DNA of 64,000 bases. Source: Sedimentisphaerales bacterium. GTDB taxonomy: Bacteria > Planctomycetota > Phycisphaerae > Sedimentisphaerales > SM23-30. The DNA lies in contig CAXXFK010000037.1 in assembly GCA_963663965.2 (NCBI GenBank), positions 1-64,000 on the forward strand, read 5' to 3'. Positions 41,382-51,500 of the stretch are shown in pieces. Position 1 is the first letter of the stretch. Every line of letters starts with the position of its first letter. The notes beneath the pieces were generated by a model that saw only the letters and a program-made list of their open reading frames with translations, ran no database searches and had not been told where the DNA came from. Both the position numbers and the translations under genes were made by a program.

Positions 41382-41480
41382 TATGCCTATCGGGTATAAA
41401 AATGTCCGTTCACAGGTAAGTTAAGTTTTTATTCGCAAAAGACTTATTTCACAGCCAAGCGGGCATTTTCAATCGTTAAT
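41382..41480 (+). repeat. Dispersed ~100 bp structured intergenic repeat, copy B
   Basis: Colinear with 19164-19262. Nested stems AAAATGTCCG/CGGGCATTTT and TAAGTTTTT/AAAAGACTTA, plus a 5' hairpin TATGCCT-ATC-GGGTATA. Confidence 0.75.
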
Positions 41481-41488
41481 GTTACTAC

Positions 41489-44400
41489 TCAGGGATTAGG
41501 ACAAAGTACTTCTACTACCCCGGCGCTCAGTGGCGGCATAGAGAAGCGCAGGGTCTGGTTTCTGAGATTGACCTGCCCTGATTCGGGCTGGACCGAGACA
41601 GGATTTTCGAGCAAATTGATCGCAGACAGTGACCCTGGCGCTACCAGTTGGTAATCGGCATGAATAGCCTGCCGGGGAGTATCGAGCAGGATTCTGAGCG
41701 GGATTTCCTGATCGGTTGGATTCACCGCCTTAAATATTATCCGGTCGCCGGATTCACTCCGCGTGGCCACAACGTTTAAATCAGAGACAGACCCTTCAAT
41801 AGCAACGCGTTGCGGGGCGTAATGGTCGCGCCAGAGCCGCATGACAACATAGTTTGGCGCCGGGAACCAGCTCTGATGGTTGAAATTAATAAAGGCATTG
41901 TTCCAGCCGCCAGCCGAAACATGACGCAGGAACAGGGCTGGTCCACCTATTACGAATGAGTCGCCGGTACGTTCGAAGACATTGAGCAAACCGCCGGCAT
42001 AGAGCCCGGTGCGCCAATCGATGCTCTGGGCATTCCATTCGGACATATAGATTTTGATATTGGGATTGGCGGATGCCGCGATCCGATCGGAAAGCGCGAC
42101 AATGAAATTTTCGTAATTGCCCGGTCCAGTCTGGTAATTGGCAGGATCTTCGTAATGATGGACACTGATATAATCCATCAGATCGGCACAGCCATTGAGG
42201 ATATCCTGGTTCCAGCCCTGATCGAAGCCACTGCCACCGCAAACCAGGATGGTGATATCCGGATCGCAGGCTTTCATCGGGGGAACAAACTGGCGTACTT
42301 TGGCAACATAAGCGGCGCTGCCGGCTTGCCAGGTCTCGTTATCGATCTCCCAGTATTTTACGTGATAGGGTTCGGGATGGCCATTGGCGGCGCGGACTGA
42401 ACCCCAGGTGGAATCGGCCGGACCATTGCAATATTCCATCCAATCGAGCGCATCCTGCAGGTATTCATCGGCATCTTCCGGATGAGGGATGGGACCCACA
42501 CCACAAGTGCTATCGAGAACTCCGACGTTGATAACGATGATCGGCTCGACATTCAGGCGTTCACACATGCGGAGGAATTCATCGGTTCCATAGGAATTGA
42601 CATCACGGTCCTCCCAGAGGGTCAGGGCATACTGGCCGCGCTGGTGCTGGGGACCGATCCCATCTTTCCAGCGATAAGCGGAAGCATAACAGCCGCCGGG
42701 CCAGCGGATAATCGGTGGACGCAACGCAGCCACTGCCTCATATAGATCGGGACGATAGCCATCGTTGTCGATCGAATCCTGACCCATCATACTGACTTCA
42801 TCGACCAGAACAGTGCCAGAACCCTGCAAACCCACCTGTAAAGTGGCGTCCGGGGCAATCACAGTGGGTATGAGGGTAAATGGGTATTCCTGCCAGGTAT
42901 CGCCAGGTGATCCGAGCGATGCCTGGGCCAGGACCTGAGAACCGTTGAGTAACCGTACCATAAGCGTGCCACCGTTACCTTTGGCCCAGAACGATCCACG
43001 ATAGGGTTGTATTTCAATATTAAAAGGAGTCTGCTGGATTCCGCTGAAGCTACTATCCGTATTATTGATCTGGGTACAAAGCTGATTGTTATATCCATCG
43101 GAATTCAGAAAAGCCGTACCGGAGCCAAAGGATGTCCAGTATTGGGGTAAACCGGTAGGATTGATCGCCGGTAATCCGCTAAAGAGTAGATTGTTAGCCA
43201 GGTCGCGTACTTCGATATTGCGGTACCGGGCCGTGGTAGACCAGGTACCCAGGCCAACCTGACCGGTTAAATAAGGGGCGCTGTCGGTATAGTCCAGGAC
43301 CAGTTCTTCATCCAGATACAGGCGCAGGCGATTGCCTTCGCACCGCATACGGATATTGTGCCACCGATCGGATTCAATCACGCCGTTAACCTGATTACCG
43401 ACCACACCCCAGGTGCCACCGGCAGTCCCCTTTTCGACGGCATGAAGGGTGTTGCCCCAGCCGCCCAGGTTGAACCAGTAGAAATTATTGCCGTTGGCCC
43501 GGCAGATAATCAGGAAACCTTCGGCGCCGCCGGTTTTCATGGCCTGACAGGTCATTTCATAATCGGTCCAGGTTGTATCGCCAAAAAGCAGGCGGACATT
43601 GGCGCTGGTGGCGTTCTGGACCAGTTCATCCGCTTCGATCGACCAGTCACCCTGGCCGGACGCCAGCATTTCCATACTGCGGTTCCAGACCAGATCACCC
43701 CAGAGTCCGCCATTGGCGGAATGATAAATATGTTCGAAGAAATGACCGTAAATTTTTTCGTCGATTGGGTTGAGAATCTGATCGGCATGGATCGTCAGAA
43801 CGTTATCGGTTTCTTTGATCGGACCAGTTACCGCGCCGGGCGCGTAAGGTTCGGTAGTGGCCAGCCAGTCTACCGTAAAGGTACGGAGAGTTTCGTTGAG
43901 TCCGAGCCATTCCATGGCCAGTTGGGCATAATCATCCAGATCAACCCGGCAATCGAAATTGTAATCCTCGTAGAGATAGCCCCAGGCACCGCAATCATTT
44001 TCAGCAATCTGGACTGAAATGGGCTGGGTGTGTGAGTCATGATAACGAGGATCCTCACTGATCACAGTGAAACGGATATAGGTTTCATGGGGATCGGATT
44101 CCAGAATATCATCATCAACGGCATTCAGCTGCACGGTTTGTTCCGTTGACCAGTTTTGTGGAGTAAAGATCAGCTGGGCAGGTTGCAAAGTAAGCTGACC
44201 AGCTTCGCTAAGTATTACAGTAACATCACTCTGGGGCGGCTGATCACCAGACGCGGACAGCAGGCTGATCATCAGCTGATCACCGGTGGATTGATATTCA
44301 CTGACAGCCGTCGAGTCATCTGTTTGCCGGACCGCCAACAGGGAGGTTCTGTTCTGCAAAAATTCTTGCGGCTCCAAAGCCCGCAAAGTGAGTCTGACAT

Positions 44401-45205
44401 CATCGATCATACCGTTGAGATAATCCACTTTATTGTTGTTATACATGGCCCTCCCCAGTACCCAGGGGGCATTGTCGCCGCTTTTAGCCAGAGCGCTATT
44501 GCCGGTAAGCGGCGTTGAGGCTTCCAGCTGAAAACCATTGCCATCGAGCCGATCCACATACAGTTCCAGGGCCAAACCAGTGCTACGGCCCACCACGTGA
44601 TACCACTGACCGGCAGAGACGGTCCAGGATGTCGTGGCCAGGAAATTAAGACCGTCCACGCTCAGAAACTGAATGCGAAGGTAATTATCCCAGGTTTTCT
44701 GAAAATAAAGTGGACAAAGCCTGGCATCATTGCCAACCTGATAACCGTCGCGGGAGACGAAGGTGCGCCAGCCGTTCAGATCGTTGAATAATACCGAAGT
44801 TTCCAAGGTCCATTGGGCAGGAGTAATAATATGAACGTCCACCCCCGTTACCGTGGTCTGGCTGGTATAGGCCTCCTGATTACCGGTGAATATCAGGCAC
44901 AGCCCCTGATTGTCGGGAGCCTGGCCCAACTGAGAAAATTGCGGTGTTGAACTACTGCGCCATCCGGCGAGGTGATTGCCGTTACCACTGAGGTCGGCTG
45001 TGCCGATTATTGATGGATTCGCGCCGGAGCTGGTATGAGCCATCAAGGAACCGGCGGGACTTTCTTCAAAATTCCACCAGGCAACAGCATCAGCCAGATT
45101 CGCCCCGGATAAAATTGAGCAATCTGGACAGAACAGTATGAACCATACGCCCACAAACATAAACAGATTGAACAGACCGATACTCCGGGATGCTTTTTTT
45201 TCCAT
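41489..45205 (-). CDS. Secreted modular GH51 alpha-L-arabinofuranosidase (LamG-like, Calx-beta-like, dockerin-like and DUF1080-like domains)
   Basis: IYGHFFEHI, IRWPGGCYASAYRWKDGIGP, YGTDEF, WEIDNE (acid/base), YMSEWN (nucleophile); GMIDDVRL LamG end; EDYNFDCRVDLDDYAQLAMEWL. Confidence 0.9.
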   Translation of the reverse strand: MEKKASRSIGLFNLFMFVGVWFILFCPDCSILSGANLADAVAWWNFEESPAGSLMAHTSSGANPSIIGTADLSGNGNHLAGWRSSSTPQFSQLGQAPDNQGLCLIFTGNQEAYTSQTTVTGVDVHIITPAQWTLETSVLFNDLNGWRTFVSRDGYQVGNDARLCPLYFQKTWDNYLRIQFLSVDGLNFLATTSWTVSAGQWYHVVGRSTGLALELYVDRLDGNGFQLEASTPLTGNSALAKSGDNAPWVLGRAMYNNNKVDYLNGMIDDVRLTLRALEPQEFLQNRTSLLAVRQTDDSTAVSEYQSTGDQLMISLLSASGDQPPQSDVTVILSEAGQLTLQPAQLIFTPQNWSTEQTVQLNAVDDDILESDPHETYIRFTVISEDPRYHDSHTQPISVQIAENDCGAWGYLYEDYNFDCRVDLDDYAQLAMEWLGLNETLRTFTVDWLATTEPYAPGAVTGPIKETDNVLTIHADQILNPIDEKIYGHFFEHIYHSANGGLWGDLVWNRSMEMLASGQGDWSIEADELVQNATSANVRLLFGDTTWTDYEMTCQAMKTGGAEGFLIICRANGNNFYWFNLGGWGNTLHAVEKGTAGGTWGVVGNQVNGVIESDRWHNIRMRCEGNRLRLYLDEELVLDYTDSAPYLTGQVGLGTWSTTARYRNIEVRDLANNLLFSGLPAINPTGLPQYWTSFGSGTAFLNSDGYNNQLCTQINNTDSSFSGIQQTPFNIEIQPYRGSFWAKGNGGTLMVRLLNGSQVLAQASLGSPGDTWQEYPFTLIPTVIAPDATLQVGLQGSGTVLVDEVSMMGQDSIDNDGYRPDLYEAVAALRPPIIRWPGGCYASAYRWKDGIGPQHQRGQYALTLWEDRDVNSYGTDEFLRMCERLNVEPIIVINVGVLDSTCGVGPIPHPEDADEYLQDALDWMEYCNGPADSTWGSVRAANGHPEPYHVKYWEIDNETWQAGSAAYVAKVRQFVPPMKACDPDITILVCGGSGFDQGWNQDILNGCADLMDYISVHHYEDPANYQTGPGNYENFIVALSDRIAASANPNIKIYMSEWNAQSIDWRTGLYAGGLLNVFERTGDSFVIGGPALFLRHVSAGGWNNAFINFNHQSWFPAPNYVVMRLWRDHYAPQRVAIEGSVSDLNVVATRSESGDRIIFKAVNPTDQEIPLRILLDTPRQAIHADYQLVAPGSLSAINLLENPVSVQPESGQVNLRNQTLRFSMPPLSAGVVEVLCPNP

Positions 45206-45519
45206 AATAGAATCTCTTTTACTGTTCCAGTTTATCCATTTTCAGCCTGAGTGCGGTAATCGATAAAAAGAATTATCGAACATCATGACTGATATACTAT
45301 TTAGTATTATCGCATAAATTCAATTGAATATAAAGCCTTTTTTGGCTTACTGGCGGATGGAATGATTCCAGAATGAAAAAAATATAAAGTCACATAACCT
45401 GTGACAGGATCGATACAATTATATTTATTAACCAAACATCGCCCTAACAGAATTCAAACAAATCAGCAGGGCTATTCTGCAAACAGATGCCCAATTATCC
45501 GGTTCGGTTAAAAACTCGT

Positions 45520-48500
45520 TTAAAAGCTCAAGAGCGTGATATCGTTATAATGAGCGGAAGAGTTATCGGTACCAATACCGAGTGATCCATCGGTAATCGG
45601 CGTATCAAAAGTAAAGCTGACCGCACCAGCAGTATTGGCAACCAGGCTTGCGGTGGTCCCGTTAATCAGCAGACTCAGGGCCACGTCCTGACCGTATTTA
45701 ATTTTCTGGTGGCTGTAGGCGTCGATGATCCATTCGCTGCCATCGTAATGGCCGATGATGAGTTTGTTCTTGCGGGCAGAAATTCCGGCGAATTTGAAGG
45801 TGCCATCTTCCTGCCGGTCAAAGATGATATAACCGTTGCCATCGAGCCCTTTGCCGGGTTTGTCGATGGTTACAGTCGTTTCAAATTCGACATAATCGGG
45901 AACCTGGCCGGAATCAACCAATTGGAAGTAGGTCGCGGTATCGGGAACCGAGGCATCGATGAAGACTTCACCATCGGCCAGTTGAGAAACCGCCGCACTG
46001 GCCAGTTCATTGAGTTCAACCCGATTGGCCAGCGAGGGAATAAAGGTCAGTTCCGTTCGCGGCTGGCTTTGCGCTTCGGTCAGACTGAGCAGGAAGGATC
46101 GGAACGGATCGGCGCCGATGAGGAACTGGCCACCGGCGGCCTGACTGGCAGCCGGGGCGGGCAGGTCACCACCACTGCTTTTAACTGTGGCGTCGGGGCT
46201 GGTGGTTATGGTGTCTTTACCGCTACCGCCATAGACCTGAGCAATGCCCTGATCGAAACTCATGGTATCAGCGCCCCACTGGCCGTAGGCAATGACATCA
46301 CCCATGGCCTCGATGGTATCGATATTGACAGTAGACGCTTTTTTGTCATATTTACGAATCTGGCGAACCGAGACATCTTCTTTCAGACTGGCAATCTTGA
46401 AATTGAGCGTTCGGTTGACGGCATAGGGATCGGTGAGCGATTGAGCGTCGACGGTACTGAACAAGGTGGCGCTGTCGCCGATGAGATAGTCGTTGCCGCC
46501 GGCGCTGTTGAGCGAGTCATTGGCGGCGTTGATGGTCTGGAGGGTACGATTACCGCCACGATCGATGAAGCTGTCGGGATGGTTGGCAAATTGGATCTTG
46601 CCGGATTGCATATCGTATTGGTCATCAACAAAGCGACCAATATCCTTAAGCAGGGCGTCGATATCTTTTTCCAGTTGTCGGGCTTCCTTCTCATCCTGGA
46701 CGCTGGTTTGCACCACCGGCAGGGCAATCACGGCAGTATTACCAAAGACAACATCATCCCCCAGACCGCCATCGACACTATTGTTATGGATCGACAGGTC
46801 ATAGGGATAATCCCAGGCGATATCATCCAGTTCCCACGATTTATAGGTCAATTTTTTCAGGGCCAGGTCATCGACGTGATTAGCCAGGGCCTTATCATAG
46901 GCTTTAGCCTGATCTTTCAGGGCCGATTCGGTATCTTTGGTTATGGCCGGATCGAAGGACAGGCCGGTATCACCGGAGACAGGACTGTCGCCAACAATGG
47001 TCACTATCAATGTGCCATCATCGCCGACAACCAGATCCTCACCGGCGCCGGAATCGATGGTGTCGTTATTGAGATACAGATCGTGTAAATCAGGATCCAC
47101 CTGTTCGGACGATTTGATCTTTTCCTTTTTGGGATTTTCTACCCCGGCTGAAGCAATCTGTTCACCGACAAGCTGATAATGCATCTGGAAGAGCGCCGCC
47201 TCGGTATCCACCGCAAGGCGGTTCATATCGAGCAGATAGCGCTGGAGCTGCATAGCCTGGTCGACATAACGGTTATCGATATCGGGCAGGCCATTGACGA
47301 AGGACTGGATAATGACCCCATTGTCGCCAAAGACCATATCATTGTCGTCGCCGGAATTGATCGAGTCCGCACCAACTACCAGGTCATGTTCATCGGTCGA
47401 ACCGGCATATCCAACCAGATCGGTCATCAAGTAATCATCGGCGGCCAGCACGGTTTGCAGCGTGTTCCAGAGAGTGGTGCGGGCATCGACGATGGGCTGA
47501 AGCTCATTGGCCAGTTCAGAATGGACCAGCCCTTTATCGCCAAAGACCAGATCATCCCCGGCGCCGGCTTCGATGGTATCGTTACCGGGCAGGATTTCGC
47601 GATGGTCGGAGATGGCCGGGACAAAAGTAAAGAATCCACGCGCCAGCGAGCCATCGGCCAGGGGCAGATCGGTGATGTTTTCCTGACGGCTGATATCGCG
47701 AATCGATTGGGGCAGGACCGCGCCAAACGGGGTATCGAAGATATAAGGCGATACGATATCCAGCGCAGCCGTCTTGAGGCCAAGTGGATCAGCGATGACC
47801 GTGCCGCCGGACCGGATAACAATCTGATCATCGGCGGTATTGGTCACACGCAAGGCGTTGAGGACATGTGGCAGGTCGGTATCGAACGAGACAACATTCT
47901 GTGCTTCATCGCCAAAAATCGTGTCGTTGTCATCGCCGCCCAGGATCGTATCGTTACCCAGATCGCCAAAGATGATATCGTTACCGGAACCGCCATCAAG
48001 GGTATGCTGACCAATATCAGGCAGATCGATCAGCACCAGCCGGGTTTGCCAGACACCATTGACCGTTACGGGTGAGCCATCGGAATGATAGAGACCGGCC
48101 GCCATGACCAGATCAGCCTGGTAAAGGGTCTGGGCCAGCAGTTCGCCACTCAGATCAAGTGTGCTGTCAATATCCATTATGCCGGTGACCATTATATCAC
48201 GTTGCAGCATGACATCACGATGCCAGCTGCCATCGATATTCAGGCGGGGCAGGCCATCGGCGTCATAAGCGCGTTGGATCACGGCATCCTGGCCGGTGAT
48301 CACGTCGTTATCATCTCCACCGGAAATCTGATTGCTGCCGGCACCGCCGATCAATTCATCATCGCCGGCTTCACCAATCAGAATATCATCACCAAGCTGA
48401 CCCCAGATCCGGTCATCACCGGGACCACCGGTCAGCAGATCATTGCCGCCGGTGCCGGGATTGTCATAAAACTGGGTAATTTCACGAATCACATCCGCAA

Positions 48501-51500
48501 AGGGCGCGGGATAAACGACCCACTGACCGTTTTCCAAGGTTCGCTGGGATGATACCATTATCGCCTAGAATCACGTCAGCATCGGCGCCGCCATCAATCA
48601 CATCGGCGCCATCAGCACCACCGGCATGGTTATGGCCGCCGATCAGGTCATCCTGGCCATCCTGACCATAGATCATATCATCACCCTGCTGGCCCAGGAT
48701 AAAGTCATCACCGGCGCCGCCAAACAGGGTATCGTTACCGGCGTAAGCACTTTCGATGGAGAGAATGGTCTGTCCGGCAGGCGCGGTAAAGTCATAACTG
48801 CCATGATCGCCTAGAATGACATCAGAACCCGCCATGCCGTCAATGGTATCGTTGCCACTGCCACCAAAGAGGATATCATTTCCGGCATTACCCACAATGA
48901 TATCCGAACCACCCAGCTCGGGCGAAAGGGTTTCGGAGGCCATCGGCGCGCGCCAGTCCCCTTCGACCGAGCCAAAATCACCAAAGATCACATCATCGTT
49001 ACTACCGCCGGAAAGGGTGTCGGCATCCTGTTCGCCAAAGAGATAGAGCCGGTGAGTAGAAGCACTACCATTGAGGGTATCCTGACCTTCCTGGCCGTGG
49101 ACGACCAGCGTATCATCCTGATTTTCATCCAGGGCCATCGTGATGTTGTCGTTGCCGGTATTGGCCCAGACGGTGGTAATGGTATGGACCCCAGCGCGGC
49201 GATGAGTGGCGTCGATCGCGAACTGATCATTCGCCTGGCCCAGCCACAGGTTAACCCCGCCGGAGAAATCACCCGATTCCGTATCGCTACTGAAGCCGAT
49301 CCGGCCACCAGACAATCCGGCCAGGGTCATTTCTGATTCGGCCATACCCTCCGCGCCGCGGGCCCAGCTTGCGCCGGTAGTATCGAGGGTATCGGCTTCA
49401 TCGCTCATCAGCAGGGTATGCGTACCAGAGCCGGCAACCAGTTCGAGATCGCCCAGGATCGCGTTTAAATCGCCTGATAACGTATCATCGGGGTCATCAT
49501 CAAGTCGGACATTGGCCAGCGATGCGACATAGAACGATTCATCACCGGCGTTCGTGCGCAGGATGGTATGGGCCGTTGTACCCTGAACGTTAATGATATC
49601 ATTACCGGAACCCAATCCGATGGTCAGATCGGACAGGCCGGTATATTCGATGGCCTGCGGCAGGGTTAATCCTGTAATCTGTGAGCCAGTCAGGTTCAGA
49701 ACGCGATCATCCACTGCCGCGGTATCATCGATATCCAGCCAGTCGCCATCATTGGCTCCGGTAATCTGCAGCAGACCGACCATATCATCAACCGTACCAC
49801 CGATTTCAGGCATAGTGCTGCCAACATGGACCGCGTCAATCCCTGCGCCGGTCTCAATCGCAGTGATACCGGCATGGATTGAGGTAATATACAGGGTATC
49901 CCGGGCCCGGCCCAATAGAAGTTCGGTTGTTTCAAAGTCAAGATAGCCAATACCGGCCGGGGCCAGCCCCAATCCGGTCAGGGTATCGTTGGCAAGGTAT
50001 CCAGTATTGTCAGCGGTATCGCCGCTGTCGTCAAAACGGACCGTATCATCTCCGCTGCCGCCACTGATATCCAGCCGGCCATCGATATCGTCAAGCCGCC
50101 GCAGTGTGTTCGCGATGTTGACAAGATCGTCGCCCTGGGCAAGCCGGGCAGTCGTTTGTCCAGTATGGGTACTGACAATATTCAAGGTATCGCTGCCACT
50201 ACCGGTGGTCAGGTTCAGATCATCGAATTGAGTATACTGGATCTGACCGGCCATATCGAATCCGGCCAGAGAAACAGCTGTAAGAACACCGACATTGTCA
50301 TTAGTATCAGCGCTGTCATCCAGATTCAGAACATCCAGATCCGTACCGGCATCCAGACTCAGAACGGCTCCGATAGCATCCAGCGTGCCGCCGGTCTCCG
50401 GAGCGGTCGTACCAACATTGACAACATCCTGGCCCGCTTCGGTAAGTACTTCGGTACGACCGGAAATGGTCTGGATATTGATCGTGTCATCCTGACCATG
50501 ACTGTTAAGGTGGGTCAGGCCGGTATGGGTGGATTCGATAGTAAAGGTATCCATACCATCACCCAGATCGATATTCAGCGTTTCGGTGTTCATATAGGTG
50601 ATACCATCCTGAACCATATCGGTCCAGGTCAGCGAATCATCGGTGAGTGTACCGGTACGATTGCCGTTATCAGAACGATTGGATACCCAGATGGTATCGG
50701 AACCGGTCTCGCCGTCGATCGACAAGGAATCGTCGATTCCCGCCAGAGACCGGTTATTGCCGGCCGGTTGTCCGACATTAATCTGATCATTGCCGGCGCC
50801 GGCATCAACCTCAGTCTGGCCGGAGATGGCTTCGATATCCAATACATCGTTCCCATTCCCCAGATCAATCGTAGTAAGGCCATGATGAGTGTCGGCTACC
50901 AGTAAATGGTCGCTGCCTCCGCCCAGATATAAATCAAATTGTTCCAGTTCGGTGTAGGAGATCCCGCCGGCAAAGGTATATTTTCGGCCGTCGCCGACAT
51001 CCAGCAGCAGATCGCCAGAGAGTCCCAGACCGGTTAAGCGGCTTTCCGTCAATAATCCGGTATCGTTTGCGTTACTCTGATCGTTATTGACATGGATGCG
51101 GTCGGTGGCGTTGTTGTCATCACCAAGAATTGGGGTATCGGGCAGTACCGGTCCGGTACCTGCGCCACCATCGGTTTCGTGGGGCAACATGATCGGTTTA
51201 TCCGGAACAAAACTCTGGACCTGGCCGAGACCGCCTTTGATAACAAGCGGGCCGCCCAGGCGGGTCAAGGTATGGCTCTGTATCGGGAAGGTAGCAAATT
51301 TTCCATTAGTAACGGAAACGCCATCGGGATTCTTTTTCGCCAGATCGGCTGCGGCCAGACCAATATCGATCGCACCGGTTACGGTACCGGTCAGTTCGAT
51401 GGTATCGTTGCCCAGGCCACCGGTTACTTTGGTGACAACCTGGGTTGATGTACTCTGGACAAAGATGGTATCGTCACCTTCCAGGCCATCCACCTCGATC

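Noticed and set aside
1966..48558. Programmed ribosomal frameshifting or phase variation at the split genes
   Set aside because: No slippery heptamer or long simple-sequence tract; every break is +1 in a 2-5 nt homopolymer, the typical long-read error pattern.
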